Shown here one piece after another: positions 19,748-28,688 of a DNA stretch of 64,000 nucleotides. Location of the stretch: IMG/VR virus record IMGVR_UViG_2865833183_000001, positions 1-64,000 of that record. One strand, written 5' to 3'. Numbering within the stretch: the stretch's first letter is position 1; the number at the start of each line of letters is the position of its first letter. The stretch comes from a virus (lineage: Duplodnaviria > Caudoviricetes). The translations under genes and the position numbers were made by a program. The notes beneath the pieces are model-generated. The model did no database searches. It was not told the DNA's origin and saw only the letters and a program-made list of their open reading frames with translations.

Positions 19748-19986
19748 TGGCCACCTTCTCCAGCCGCACTGTTGTGAGCACTCGCCGCGAGTGGAGTGTT
19801 CCCGCCGCCGAGCCATGGGGTGCGTTCCTCGGCGACGTGCGTGCCGCCATCGCGGTGGCGAGCGTCGCGTACCGGGAGGTGCACCAGCTCCCCGAGGATG
19901 CGCCGCTGTTGGACGACGCGTTGCGCTTCAAGGTCGCCGACAACGAGATCGTCATCAGTTTCACCGTCGAGGAGGGGCAACAGTGA
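19747..19986 (+). CDS. Hypothetical protein
   Basis: TGATG overlap. Confidence 0.6.
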   Translation: MATFSSRTVVSTRREWSVPAAEPWGAFLGDVRAAIAVASVAYREVHQLPEDAPLLDDALRFKVADNEIVISFTVEEGQQ

Positions 19987-20273
19987 TGGATGACCGCTAC
20001 GTCCGCGCCCTGGATCGCGCGCACTCTCTGGCCGAGGAATGGTCCGGGGATCAGCGGCCGATTACCCGGGCTCAAGCCGCCGTGTTGCTGATGGAGGTGC
20101 TGCAACTCGACGGGTGGACGGTTGACGAGCCGCCGGTGTTGCGGGCCGTGCCGGACCCCGAGCCGCCCAGTGGCCGTCTGCGGGGCGTTCCGGGTGTCGA
20201 AGCTCCCGAGCCCCGTTCTTCCGTTCACAGGCCGTCAGGCGCCCGCTCAGGGCCCGTGGAGGGCGAGTCATGA
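19986..20273 (+). CDS. Hypothetical protein
   Basis: TGATG overlap. Confidence 0.5.
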   Translation: MDDRYVRALDRAHSLAEEWSGDQRPITRAQAAVLLMEVLQLDGWTVDEPPVLRAVPDPEPPSGRLRGVPGVEAPEPRSSVHRPSGARSGPVEGES

Positions 20274-20536
20274 CGGCCCGGCTCGATACGGACACCCCGC
20301 CGCGCGGCTACAGCGGCCCCCAGGGCGCCCCGCAGCGCCCGGATGACGCCCAGGACCAGCCACCCGCCCAACGCGCCGCAGAGAGCCACGCAGGGCTTCC
20401 AGAGCAACTCACTCTGCCCGCCGAGCTCATCGCCGCCGTGCTCCTGCCCGTCCCAATCCCGTCCGCACGACGCCGCGGCCGGCGCGTCCACCACCTGCCC
20501 GACATCGCCAACTACCAGCCCGAGGAGACCCACTGA
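20270..20536 (+). CDS. Hypothetical protein
   Basis: ATGA overlap. Confidence 0.5.
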   Translation: MTARLDTDTPPRGYSGPQGAPQRPDDAQDQPPAQRAAESHAGLPEQLTLPAELIAAVLLPVPIPSARRRGRRVHHLPDIANYQPEETH

Positions 20537-20715
20537 TGACCGACACCCAGCCGACCGAACCCGCGCTGACCGACCCCTACGCCGAATCGCCCGACGCCGG
20601 AGACACCAGCGCCTGCAACTGCAACGGCGCGTGGCACGCCATGGAGCAGCACTGCGTCGACTGGCCGTGCCCCGGCTGTGCCCGCATCTGCCCGCCCGAG
20701 CCCGGCACCGCCTGA
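20536..20715 (+). CDS. Cys-rich 59-aa protein (not in ORF track)
   Basis: RBS GAGGAG, TGATG overlap. Confidence 0.5.
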   Translation: MTDTQPTEPALTDPYAESPDAGDTSACNCNGAWHAMEQHCVDWPCPGCARICPPEPGTA

Positions 20716-20775
20716 CCGCCCCGTGCCCGGCCGCCGTCCCCGCGGCCGGGCCCCGACCCGCCGGAGACCACACCC

Positions 20776-21339
20776 ATGACCGACCAGGCCGCCACTCACC
20801 GTTGCCGCAACTGCGATGGGGTCGACCCCGACAGCTGCCTCACCAACCCTGACCGACCGCCCATCACCCAGCCTCCGTACCGCGTCCTGCTGGCCTGCAT
20901 CGAGGACGAGCGGACCAAGGCCGAACACAACGCCCCGCTGTGCCGGACCGAGGAGGCGCGGTGGGTCAACGAGGGCATGGCCGCCGCCCACTTGGTTGAC
21001 ATCGGGCACGTGCTCGCCGTGTTCGAGGGGCCCGAGGCGGCAGCCGTGTACATGCGGGGCGAGGCTGGCGCTCGTGACTCCAACCTCACACCCGGCTTCG
21101 TCAACCCGCCCGGCTCGACGGCCGAGCAGCTGCCCGCCGACGTCCTGGCCCTGATCGACCCGCCGCCGTACCTGTCCACCGCATGTGAGACAGCGCAGCT
21201 CCTCGAGCAGGCCGTGGCCGAGCACCCCGACAGGCAGGCCGGGCTGCGGGAGTGGGCGCGGCGGATGCACGCCAGGTGCCGGAAGAACCAGAAGTTCACC
21301 GGGAAGCTCTGCACCTGCGGCCACCACCAGGCCGGCTGA
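20776..21339 (+). CDS. Hypothetical protein (Cys/His motifs)
   Basis: YLSTAC..H..CR...KFTG..C.C.HH. Confidence 0.65.
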   Translation: MTDQAATHRCRNCDGVDPDSCLTNPDRPPITQPPYRVLLACIEDERTKAEHNAPLCRTEEARWVNEGMAAAHLVDIGHVLAVFEGPEAAAVYMRGEAGARDSNLTPGFVNPPGSTAEQLPADVLALIDPPPYLSTACETAQLLEQAVAEHPDRQAGLREWARRMHARCRKNQKFTGKLCTCGHHQAG

Positions 21340-21353
21340 CCCCCGGACGTGCG

Positions 21354-21386
21354 TGTGCCGCACACCGGGGGAGGGTGTGCGGCACA
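21354..21386. terminator. Hairpin between convergent genes
   Basis: TGTGCCGCACACC / GGTGTGCGGCACA. Confidence 0.6.
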
Positions 21387-21393
21387 GGGCAGG

Positions 21394-21681
21394 TCAAGCG
21401 TCCGGCTGGGCGGTGCGGCGGAGGCGTTCGGCCCGCTCCTTGTAGCGCTCGTCGGGTTCGATGCCCGCTTCCCGGGCCATCTTCCGCACGTGGGCGGGTG
21501 TCCAGCCGGACGCCTTGGCCACCTCGGTAGGGCGGTGCTCCCCATTGCGGAGGGCGGCGAGGACGACCTCTTTCAGGTGGGTGCTGGACTTCTTGAGGCG
21601 TTCCTCGTCGCGCTTTCGGCGCGTACCGGCTGCCTCGATCTCTTCGAGGGTCGGCTGCTCGGGGGTCTCGTCGACTGTCAT
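21394..21681 (-). CDS. Small HTH regulator
   Basis: PTEVAKASGWTPAHVRKM. Confidence 0.7.
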   Translation of the reverse strand: MTVDETPEQPTLEEIEAAGTRRKRDEERLKKSSTHLKEVVLAALRNGEHRPTEVAKASGWTPAHVRKMAREAGIEPDERYKERAERLRRTAQPDA

Positions 21682-21744
21682 AGCAACAAGGTACCGCAAC
21701 CGACTTGCGCTGACAGCCCTTCAGGAGTAGCTTTGAGGTATCGA

Positions 21745-21765
21745 CAGCGATACATAGTATCGCTG
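21745..21765. promoter_or_regulatory. Palindromic operator over a -10 element
   Basis: CAGCGATAC-ATA-GTATCGCTG containing TAGTAT. Confidence 0.6.
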
Positions 21766-21821
21766 ATGAGGATCGATGAAGTGCCGCTAAGCCCCTGATG
21801 AGGCAGGCCGTAGGAGGAGAG

Positions 21822-21998
21822 ATGTACAAGACCATGGACCACCGAGAGGTCACCTCGCACTCCAACACGTTGGAGGAGGCCATCAGGGGTGCGCGTAACG
21901 CGTGGTGGAACGGCAGCGATGACCGGTCGTTCTCGATCGTCAACGCGTCGGGCTCCACGGTGGCGTTCGTCCGCCGTGGACAGGTGACACGCGGCTGA
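21822..21998 (+). CDS. Hypothetical protein
   Basis: RBS AGGAGG. Confidence 0.55.
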   Translation: MYKTMDHREVTSHSNTLEEAIRGARNAWWNGSDDRSFSIVNASGSTVAFVRRGQVTRG

Positions 21999-22123
21999 AC
22001 CACCAGCCCCCGGACGGTCAAACCGTGCGCGCGTCGTAGCGCACCGGGCGGCACCTCATCCCGCCCGGCCTTCGGGCCGGGCCCTCACCCGCCACCACCA
22101 ACCGCACCGCAGGGGAGACCGCA

Positions 22124-22417
22124 ATGGACCGCATCGTCATCGACCAAGCCAAGATTCAGATCGACGACTCGCTCAAGGTCAAGCCGGGCTCGGAGTTCCC
22201 CCGGCCGCTCGACTGGTGGCAGCGGATCGTCCCCTGCTGGCTCGACGCGTCCGAAGACGAACACGGCCACATCGTGATCACCCCCAACGGTCACCGCGCC
22301 GACGGGCACGTGTACGAACTGACCCCCGCCGTCATCCGTCGCGAGATGAAGGCCGCGATGCGGTTCCTCGGCGAGCGCCGGTTCCTCGACTTCACCGACG
22401 CCATCGTCACCGCCTGA
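22124..22417 (+). CDS. Hypothetical protein
   Basis: RBS GGGAG, high GC3. Confidence 0.65.
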   Translation: MDRIVIDQAKIQIDDSLKVKPGSEFPRPLDWWQRIVPCWLDASEDEHGHIVITPNGHRADGHVYELTPAVIRREMKAAMRFLGERRFLDFTDAIVTA

Positions 22418-22490
22418 CATTCCTGCCCGGCCCCCGGTGGCCGGGCCCGCCCCCGAACCCGCCGCACCCCGATCCGCAGAGGAGACCGCA

Positions 22491-22826
22491 ATGTCCACGA
22501 ACTACTTCGCGTTCGGTGAATTCCCGGGCGGTGAGGCCGACGGTGAGGGACTGCACATCGGGCAGCACGCAGGGGGCTGGGAGTTCCTGTGGCGCGCCCA
22601 CAACGACCACGGCCTGACCTGCACCGACACCTGGCTGAGGTTCCTGTCCCGTGAGGGCGTCACCATCGAGACCGAGTACGGGACCGTCGTGCCGCTGGCC
22701 GACTTCTGGAAGCAGGCCATCCTCCGCCCCGCCGAGGCGACCCCGCACATGAGCAGCCGGGCTACCGCCGTCGTGGAATGGCGGGACCGGCGCGGCTGCC
22801 CCTTCTATGACGGCGACTTCTGCTGA
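22491..22826 (+). CDS. Conserved phage hypothetical (MSTNY..LHIG..GW.F..DF)
   Basis: RBS GAGGAG; recognisable motif. Confidence 0.7.
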   Translation: MSTNYFAFGEFPGGEADGEGLHIGQHAGGWEFLWRAHNDHGLTCTDTWLRFLSREGVTIETEYGTVVPLADFWKQAILRPAEATPHMSSRATAVVEWRDRRGCPFYDGDFC

Positions 22827-22834
22827 CCCACCCA

Positions 22835-22883
22835 GCCCCGTCAGGCGGACGTAGCCGGTTCGAATCCGGCGCGGGGCACTCCA
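22835..22883 (+). ncRNA. tRNA-like element: acceptor stem and T-arm, no D or anticodon arm
   Basis: GCCCCGT/GCGGGGC stem; GCCGG-TTCGAAT-CCGGC; 3' ACTCCA. Confidence 0.5.
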
Positions 22884-22912
22884 AACCACCAGCGACCTGC
22901 CGAGGAGTCGCC

Positions 22913-23125
22913 ATGCTCAACCCGATGACCCGCTGGGAGCCCGGCACCAAAGTGCGCTACCACGGCTCTCTCGTCGAGCTGCACGGGGTGTACGCCGCGC
23001 ACCCCTGCCGGTGCCTGCGGTGCACGGACACCCACAACCTGCCTGGCGTGCGCTTCGCCCTCCAGGACGCGGACGGCAACACCGCCGCCACCTGCGTCCG
23101 GCCCCGATCCATCACCGCCGTCTGA
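22913..23125 (+). CDS. SH3/KOW-like small protein
   Basis: PGTKVRYHGS...VRPRSIT. Confidence 0.6.
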   Translation: MLNPMTRWEPGTKVRYHGSLVELHGVYAAHPCRCLRCTDTHNLPGVRFALQDADGNTAATCVRPRSITAV

Positions 23126-23170
23126 CTGCTGCCGCTGACCGCCGCACCATCCCCCACCCGGGAGGCCCGT

Positions 23171-23365
23171 ATGCCTGCACGCCCCTTCAAGCGCGGTGAT
23201 TTCGTCCGCTACGACGGCAGCCGCGAACGGTGGCGCGGCAAGTGGTGGACCGTCGAAGCAGTCCACAACAGTCGCGGCATCCGCACCTACACGCTGGCCG
23301 CCCGCGGCATCGGCCGCCTGCGGAACGTCAAAGCCCAGCACGTGTCCCAGCCGGCTGTCGACTGA
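23171..23365 (+). CDS. SH3/KOW-like small protein
   Basis: FKRGDFVRYDGS..LRNVK. Confidence 0.6.
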   Translation: MPARPFKRGDFVRYDGSRERWRGKWWTVEAVHNSRGIRTYTLAARGIGRLRNVKAQHVSQPAVD

Positions 23366-23404
23366 ACCTCAATCCACTCCACCCAATCCAGCAGAGGAGC
23401 ACCC

Positions 23405-23602
23405 ATGAAGATCAACCGGTCATTGCTGCCGGAAGACCAGCCGATCACCGGAGACGAGTTCATCCGCATCCACAACATCGTCGACAACGCCACGCTGGCC
23501 CGCCTCGCCGCCGAGCACCACGACGATGCCGACCACGACGACTGCTTCCAACCCCACCGCACCGCCGACGGCTACGTCGACTGCGACGGGCGGCCCCTGT
23601 GA
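23405..23602 (+). CDS. Hypothetical protein
   Basis: RBS GAGGAG. Confidence 0.6.
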   Translation: MKINRSLLPEDQPITGDEFIRIHNIVDNATLARLAAEHHDDADHDDCFQPHRTADGYVDCDGRPL

Positions 23603-23940
23603 CCACCCCACCAGAGCACACCGAGGTCGATCAAATGCATGCCGAGCTTGCTCGACTTCGGGGCCTGGAACACGGCCTGCGGGAAATCCTGCACCGGGTC
23701 GACGCCTCCCCGGTCGAGGCGACCCGTAGCGGGGGCGCGGTGTGGCGACTCACCGCCAACCTGGTCATGCTGCAGAAGGCCGGCCGCCCGCCTCTGTGGA
23801 ACCGCTGGTCCGGCGACCCGCCCCCACCCATTGACAGCCTGCCGCCGCACCAGTGCCTAATCTCCGGCCTCGACGGGTGCAGCGACTGCGGACACCCCGA
23901 AGACGCCGTATGCCACGGGGGAGAGGCGACCGGCTGGTGA
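23599..23940 (+). CDS. Hypothetical protein
   Basis: GTGA overlap. Confidence 0.5.
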   Translation: MTTPPEHTEVDQMHAELARLRGLEHGLREILHRVDASPVEATRSGGAVWRLTANLVMLQKAGRPPLWNRWSGDPPPPIDSLPPHQCLISGLDGCSDCGHPEDAVCHGGEATGW

Positions 23941-23953
23941 ACAGGAGCAGCCA

Positions 23954-24256
23954 GTGACCAGGCGCCCGATGTCCGCCCTCCGGGCCCGTGCCGTCATCGA
24001 ATCCGCAGCCCTCGTCAAAGCCCCTACCTGGTCCGAGGACCGGCACTGGCACGTCGTCGACGGCGACGGCAAGGTGCTCGTCGTGGTCGCCCCCTCCTAC
24101 GGCGGCGTGTCCCAGTCGGGGCGAAACGGCTGGCAGTGGTGGCTCGCCGGCTCCGGGCCCTCCTCGGCAACCCGACCCGAGAAGACCTGCGAGCAGGCCG
24201 CCGTCGCCGGACTCGATGCCTGGGAACGCTGGGCCACCACCCGACCCTCCCCATGA
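23954..24256 (+). CDS. Hypothetical protein
   Basis: RBS AGGAG. Confidence 0.6.
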   Translation: MTRRPMSALRARAVIESAALVKAPTWSEDRHWHVVDGDGKVLVVVAPSYGGVSQSGRNGWQWWLAGSGPSSATRPEKTCEQAAVAGLDAWERWATTRPSP

Positions 24257-24269
24257 GACTCTGAACCCC

Positions 24270-24482
24270 ATGACCCCAGACGATCCCGCCCCGCTGCCTG
24301 GCTTCGACGAGCCGGCCGCGGGGCGCAGTCGTATCACCTGCCGCATGTGCGGGCGGCCGTTGCGAGGCAGGCAGGCCCGACTGTGGGGGCTCGGGGAGGA
24401 CTGCCGGGGCAAACTCGCCCTCCGCGCTGCACCGAAGCCGCCCGAGCACGACATCGAACAAGAGACGCTCCCCGGGACCTGA
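24270..24482 (+). CDS. Small zinc-finger protein (DUF6011-like)
   Basis: CRMCGRPL...GLGEDC. Confidence 0.6.
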   Translation: MTPDDPAPLPGFDEPAAGRSRITCRMCGRPLRGRQARLWGLGEDCRGKLALRAAPKPPEHDIEQETLPGT

Positions 24483-24738
24483 GGGCCGCTCGCAGCACAC
24501 TGGCACGTGACGGTATGCCTGGCTGGTCAGCCTCGGTAGCCGGCCGCGCCGCAGACCTTTGGCCTATGCCACCGGCAAAAGCAAAGCTAGCAAGGCTCTC
24601 GAATCCAAGCCGAACAGGGACCCCTACAGGCATTTTCGCGAGAGTTTCCCTACCTGGTTCCTGCAAGAAGGCGGTATCACTTCGCTACGGTGGTGGGCGT
24701 CACGACAGAAGCAAGCAGGCGGCAGTTAGGCGATCCAC

Positions 24739-25023
24739 ATGAGTGACGCGCCCTGGACCATCGAACGCATCAGCGCCGCACTGGGGGACCCCAACCTCGC
24801 GCAGCGGTTCCTCGGCGAGATCAACCGGGCGCCGGCTCATGAGCTGCTGTCCGTGTTCGCAAAGTGGCGGCAGATCGCCGAGGACACGGATGCGGCCCTC
24901 GAACAAGCAGACGAGGTCATCGCCTACGAAAGCCAAGGTGAAGAGCCTCCCGGCGAGTGGCTCGACGGAGATCAGCGGGTTCAGGAAGTAGCTGACCGAA
25001 TCCGGGCACGCGGGGCCGCCTGA
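24739..25023 (+). CDS. Putative antitoxin 1
   Basis: WTIERISAAL..FAKW; upstream of RelE-like gene. Confidence 0.6.
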   Translation: MSDAPWTIERISAALGDPNLAQRFLGEINRAPAHELLSVFAKWRQIAEDTDAALEQADEVIAYESQGEEPPGEWLDGDQRVQEVADRIRARGAA

Positions 25024-25041
25024 CCTGGCACGCTGTACAGC

Positions 25042-25287
25042 GTGTATCTGCTTCGTTACCCGCCTCACGTAGAGGCCGTCTGGGACTCGCTTCCCGACGA
25101 GGCCAGGGTCGAATTCGACCGCGCCATCCTCGCCGTCTGCGAGGACCCCTTCGCCGAGACCACACCCCACGGTGGCGACGGCGACATCAAGCGGCTCCTC
25201 ATCCTCAACCACACCAGGGCCGTGCTGGTCGTCTTCAAGCACCCCCTGCAGCGGGTACGCATCCTCGACCTCAAGCACCTCGGGTAG
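25042..25287 (+). CDS. RelE/ParE-fold toxin-like protein 1
   Basis: YLLRYPPHVEAVWDSLP...EDP...VRILDL. Confidence 0.6.
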   Translation: MYLLRYPPHVEAVWDSLPDEARVEFDRAILAVCEDPFAETTPHGGDGDIKRLLILNHTRAVLVVFKHPLQRVRILDLKHLG

Positions 25288-25296
25288 GCGCGCGCT

Positions 25297-25335
25297 AAAG
25301 CCCCCGGCCGTGCATCCGCGCCAGCCGGGGGCTTT
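25297..25335. terminator. Intrinsic terminator
   Basis: AAAGCCCCCGGC / GCCGGGGGCTTT. Confidence 0.7.
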
Positions 25336-25581
25336 CTGCTGCGCTCCGTCTCGCGTGTCCTGAGCCATCACCATCACATCAGCCAGGGTCTGCCCCACCA
25401 CCGAGCACAGTTGCACGTGACAGGTTGCTTCGCCCCGCCACCTGCGTCCCGAGCCGGCTGCCCGGCACATCGCGCCAGCCAGATCTGCCCGGGCGCCCGC
25501 CCGGCCGCCCGGCCGGGCGCTAGGCTCAGAGACACACTGTTTGGTTACGGGATTCATGAATTCAGGGTCGAGGTCGAGGCT

Positions 25582-25890
25582 ATGAGCAGCGAGAACTGGA
25601 CGATCGACAGCATCGCCCACGCACTCCCCCACCCCGAACTGCGAGCTACCTTCCAGCGTGAGGTCTCCTTCACGGATGTCGGCAAGCTGCCCGCGATCTT
25701 CCGGCGGTGGGTGCAGTTCATCGAAGACTTCGAAGCCGACCGACCTCGTACCGAGGAACTGCTTTCCTACATTGAGCAGCACGGACGGCTACTGGACGAC
25801 TACGATGAAGACACGCCCGAGAGCATCGCCGCGTTCGAGGACCTCAAAGCCCGTCTGAACGCCCACCGCGAAGGACATCACGCCGCGTGA
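25582..25890 (+). CDS. Putative antitoxin 2 (paralog of 24739)
   Basis: WTIDSIAHAL..FRRW. Confidence 0.6.
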   Translation: MSSENWTIDSIAHALPHPELRATFQREVSFTDVGKLPAIFRRWVQFIEDFEADRPRTEELLSYIEQHGRLLDDYDEDTPESIAAFEDLKARLNAHREGHHAA

Positions 25891-26138
25891 CCTGGAACTT
25901 CAGCCGCAGCCCCCACACCCTCGACATGATCGGCGGGCTGCCGCTTGAAGGCCAGATGGCACTCTTCGACCTCATCGACCGGCTCGAAGCCGATCCACTC
26001 GCGGGCACCGAGCCCTACGGGGAAGACGACGGCATGACCCGCCAAGCCGTCTTCGGCGGCTTCGGAATCATCGTGTTCTGGGCTAGCCAGGCGACGAAGC
26101 GCATCACGCCGCTACAGATCAACTGGGCGGCCCCGTAG
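25887..26138 (+). CDS. RelE/ParE-fold toxin-like protein 2
   Basis: LP...LEADP..TEPYG..RQAVFG..ITPLQINW; GTGA overlap. Confidence 0.6.
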   Translation: MTWNFSRSPHTLDMIGGLPLEGQMALFDLIDRLEADPLAGTEPYGEDDGMTRQAVFGGFGIIVFWASQATKRITPLQINWAAP

Positions 26139-26291
26139 GGCTGCTGCGGCCTCCCCATACGCGGAGGCACGCTGGGGCGCCGCCTGAGTCTCAGTCGCAC
26201 TCACCACATCGGCCAGAACCTGGCGCGTCGCGCCGGCCCTGTGGGGGAGCCTTCTTTCCGGTGAATACCGCAACCGGCAAGGGGGGAATGC

Positions 26292-27122
26292 GTGTTCGGA
26301 ACCAAAGCCGTGCACAAGGCCATCGACGAACTGAAGACCAGTGTCGGCGGCTTACGAGAAGCCCTCACCAACGCGATCAAGCAAGGGCTCGACGGCATCA
26401 AGGCCAGCATCGACGAGATCCGCAACGACACCCAGCGCACCAGCAACGCCGCCGAGACCCTCAGCGGCAGAATCGACAACCTTCACAGCGAGATCCAAGG
26501 ACTCCGCGGCGACATCGAGCGGCTCCGCACCAGCGTCGAAGCCACCACACGGGCAGTCGCGGACGGCCGCAGCGACGAGCGCATCCTCGGGGAGATCGCC
26601 GACCTGCGCGCCGCCGTCGAAGGCTGCCGAGCAGACGCAGCGGAAGCCCGCCAGGCGGCGACCGAAGTCCCCCAAGCCGAGCAGCAGCAGGCACAGGCCG
26701 CCACCGGCGAGGCCGACACCGGCGACTTCGACAAGCTCCTTGACCTCGCTGCCGGCGTCGCCTACGCCGAAATCTCCTGCCACCGCGACACCTGGGACTT
26801 CCTCGTCGCCCAATCCAGCCGCGGCCAGCACTTCCGACTCCCCGGCATGGTCGAAGAGAAAGACTGCCTCATCGACGCCGACCTGTCCGGCCGAACCCTC
26901 ATCGCCGTCCTCGATGCCCTCTGGCACACCCAGCGCAACCCCGATGTCGAACCGGGCACGCGGCGCCTCGCAGCCAAGGTGTACGGGCGCATCGGCGACG
27001 CCCTCGGCAAAGTAGAAGCCGACGGCAGCCCCGAACAGCACCGGGCCGGCGCCGAACAGCGCCAGCCCGACGTGACGCGCATCGTCATCGATGATCGACC
27101 CCCGGCCGAGGCCAGCAACTGA
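26292..27122 (+). CDS. Coiled-coil protein with in-frame TTA codon
   Basis: Heptad-rich N-half; CHRDTWDF motif; TTA at 26352. Confidence 0.7.
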   Translation: MFGTKAVHKAIDELKTSVGGLREALTNAIKQGLDGIKASIDEIRNDTQRTSNAAETLSGRIDNLHSEIQGLRGDIERLRTSVEATTRAVADGRSDERILGEIADLRAAVEGCRADAAEARQAATEVPQAEQQQAQAATGEADTGDFDKLLDLAAGVAYAEISCHRDTWDFLVAQSSRGQHFRLPGMVEEKDCLIDADLSGRTLIAVLDALWHTQRNPDVEPGTRRLAAKVYGRIGDALGKVEADGSPEQHRAGAEQRQPDVTRIVIDDRPPAEASN

Positions 27123-27135
27123 CCCAGCCGAACGC

Positions 27136-27166
27136 GAACGCCCCCACCAATCTGCTGGGGGCGTTC
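27136..27166. terminator. Hairpin between convergent genes
   Basis: GAACGCCCCCA / TGGGGGCGTTC. Confidence 0.55.
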
Positions 27167-27190
27167 CGCCGGGCTGAAGGGGGCTCTGGC

Positions 27191-27514
27191 CTACACATGC
27201 GCCAGGCTTGCTTGATAGAGCCGCTTGAGCGCCTGTACCTCCCCCTCGTCAGCGAACACCGCCTCCGGCGGAACCCACATGCGAACAGTCTCAGGTCCGA
27301 TGCCCTCGCTTGAAGGCTCGCCGACAGCAAGCTGAGTCGACCAGCGGACCCAACTCGAGACCAACACCTCGATCCACACGGCGCCGTCTGGGCTCTCCTC
27401 CACCGTGGCGACCTTGCCGCGTAGTCTGCCGCCCTTGTCCGGCAGCAGCACATCGACACTGGGCAGGGGGTCTGGAACGGAGAAGAGATGTACCGCAGGC
27501 ATGTCGTGGATCAT
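27191..27514 (-). CDS. Hypothetical protein
   Basis: Beta-rich composition; start uncertain. Confidence 0.5.
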   Translation of the reverse strand: MIHDMPAVHLFSVPDPLPSVDVLLPDKGGRLRGKVATVEESPDGAVWIEVLVSSWVRWSTQLAVGEPSSEGIGPETVRMWVPPEAVFADEGEVQALKRLYQASLAHV

Positions 27515-27633
27515 CCAGGCGGCGAAGCGCAGTCGGCGGTAGGCAAGCCGAGTGACTCACCAGGTCGGCGTAACCTCCGCTGCGCAGCGGCGCGCCTCCC
27601 CGCGGCCACTCCCAGGCGCGCTACCTATCCCAC

Positions 27634-28029
27634 ATGAGCCGAGACTTCGACCTCAAATTCGAACTCTACGTCGCACTGAGAGAACAGTGCGGCTCGAGGA
27701 ACGACTGGCCTGTCGGCTTCAACACAGCTCGACATCTTCTCTGCACCATCCCTCTCCACGATCGAGAGCTGTACCGCTTCCTGCGGTGTGCGCGTCAAGC
27801 GAGCACTCACCTCCATGAACGGGCCCGGCTCACATCGCGCCTCTATCAGTACTCCTTGGTGCTTGCCCTTGACAGCGAGCACGGGTTCGACGATCAGGAT
27901 GAAGGTCACGTGGCGGCGTGGCACATCCTCTTGGCCATCCACGGCATGCTGGACCAGGAAACATTCGACAAGTTCGTTGACTGCGCGATCTCGGTGCTGG
28001 AGCCAGAGCGGGAAGCGGTCGGAGCATGA
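27634..28029 (+). CDS. Hypothetical protein (lower GC)
   Basis: Followed by strong terminator. Confidence 0.55.
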   Translation: MSRDFDLKFELYVALREQCGSRNDWPVGFNTARHLLCTIPLHDRELYRFLRCARQASTHLHERARLTSRLYQYSLVLALDSEHGFDDQDEGHVAAWHILLAIHGMLDQETFDKFVDCAISVLEPEREAVGA

Positions 28030-28039
28030 ACCACCGAAC

Positions 28040-28078
28040 AGCAGGAAGTCCCGGCCGATCTGGCCGGGACTTCCTGCT
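28040..28078 (+). terminator. Intrinsic terminator, 17-bp perfect stem
   Basis: AGCAGGAAGTCCCGGCC / GGCCGGGACTTCCTGCT then T-rich. Confidence 0.75.
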
Positions 28079-28286
28079 TTCACTGCGCTGGCTGGCCGGC
28101 GCCGGAGCACATCTCCCGACTGCCCTCCGGCTGATGCTGCGGAGTCGGCTCACCTGCGCCAGCCGAGGTGCTGGCACCACACACGGGACATGAGGCTGAG
28201 CATTGAACGGGATCGCGGCGCATCGGGCCTCCCCAGGATTGGTTACCCGCAGGATGCACCCGAACACGGGGCGCACAGGAGGCGCG

Positions 28287-28688
28287 TCAAAGGATGCGCG
28301 AGTAAATCTTCGCGCCACTGTGAAACTCCACCGTCAGCCCGTTACGCCGATCCGCCGGGTCCTCCCTCAGCGACCACTGCTCAATACTCGCGATCTCCCG
28401 CGACCCCGAACCAGCCAGCAGACCGGCCAGCCAACCCTCCGCCCCATCCGCCCGTCGCTCGAGAGAGACCGGGTCGCCTTCCACCGGCGCGCCCTCCGGC
28501 TCGTCATACTTGTCACCCGGCGCCGACTGTGCGACGAAATGGAAGCGGGCCTCACGCCCCTCCAGCTTTACCGCCATGCCGCCCGGATGCTTCGTATCAC
28601 CCGCCTCCGCCAACGTCATCGGTGAACCAGCCGACGGATCTTTGGACGCGAGCTCCAGAACGAACGACTGAAAGCGCCTAGGACGCAT
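28287..28688 (-). CDS. Hypothetical protein
   Basis: MRPRRFQSFV; RBS GAGGA. Confidence 0.6.
   Translation of the reverse strand: MRPRRFQSFVLELASKDPSAGSPMTLAEAGDTKHPGGMAVKLEGREARFHFVAQSAPGDKYDEPEGAPVEGDPVSLERRADGAEGWLAGLLAGSGSREIASIEQWSLREDPADRRNGLTVEFHSGAKIYSRIL

Noticed and set aside
21763-21812. Two CTGATGAG words suggesting a hammerhead ribozyme
   Set aside because: No GAAA after stem II (GTAG instead) and no stem I/III found
22835-22883. Functional decoding tRNA gene
   Set aside because: No D or anticodon arm; kept only as tRNA-like element
25531-25545. Possible LexA box
   Set aside because: Too far from the actinobacterial TCGAAC-N4-GNNCGA consensus
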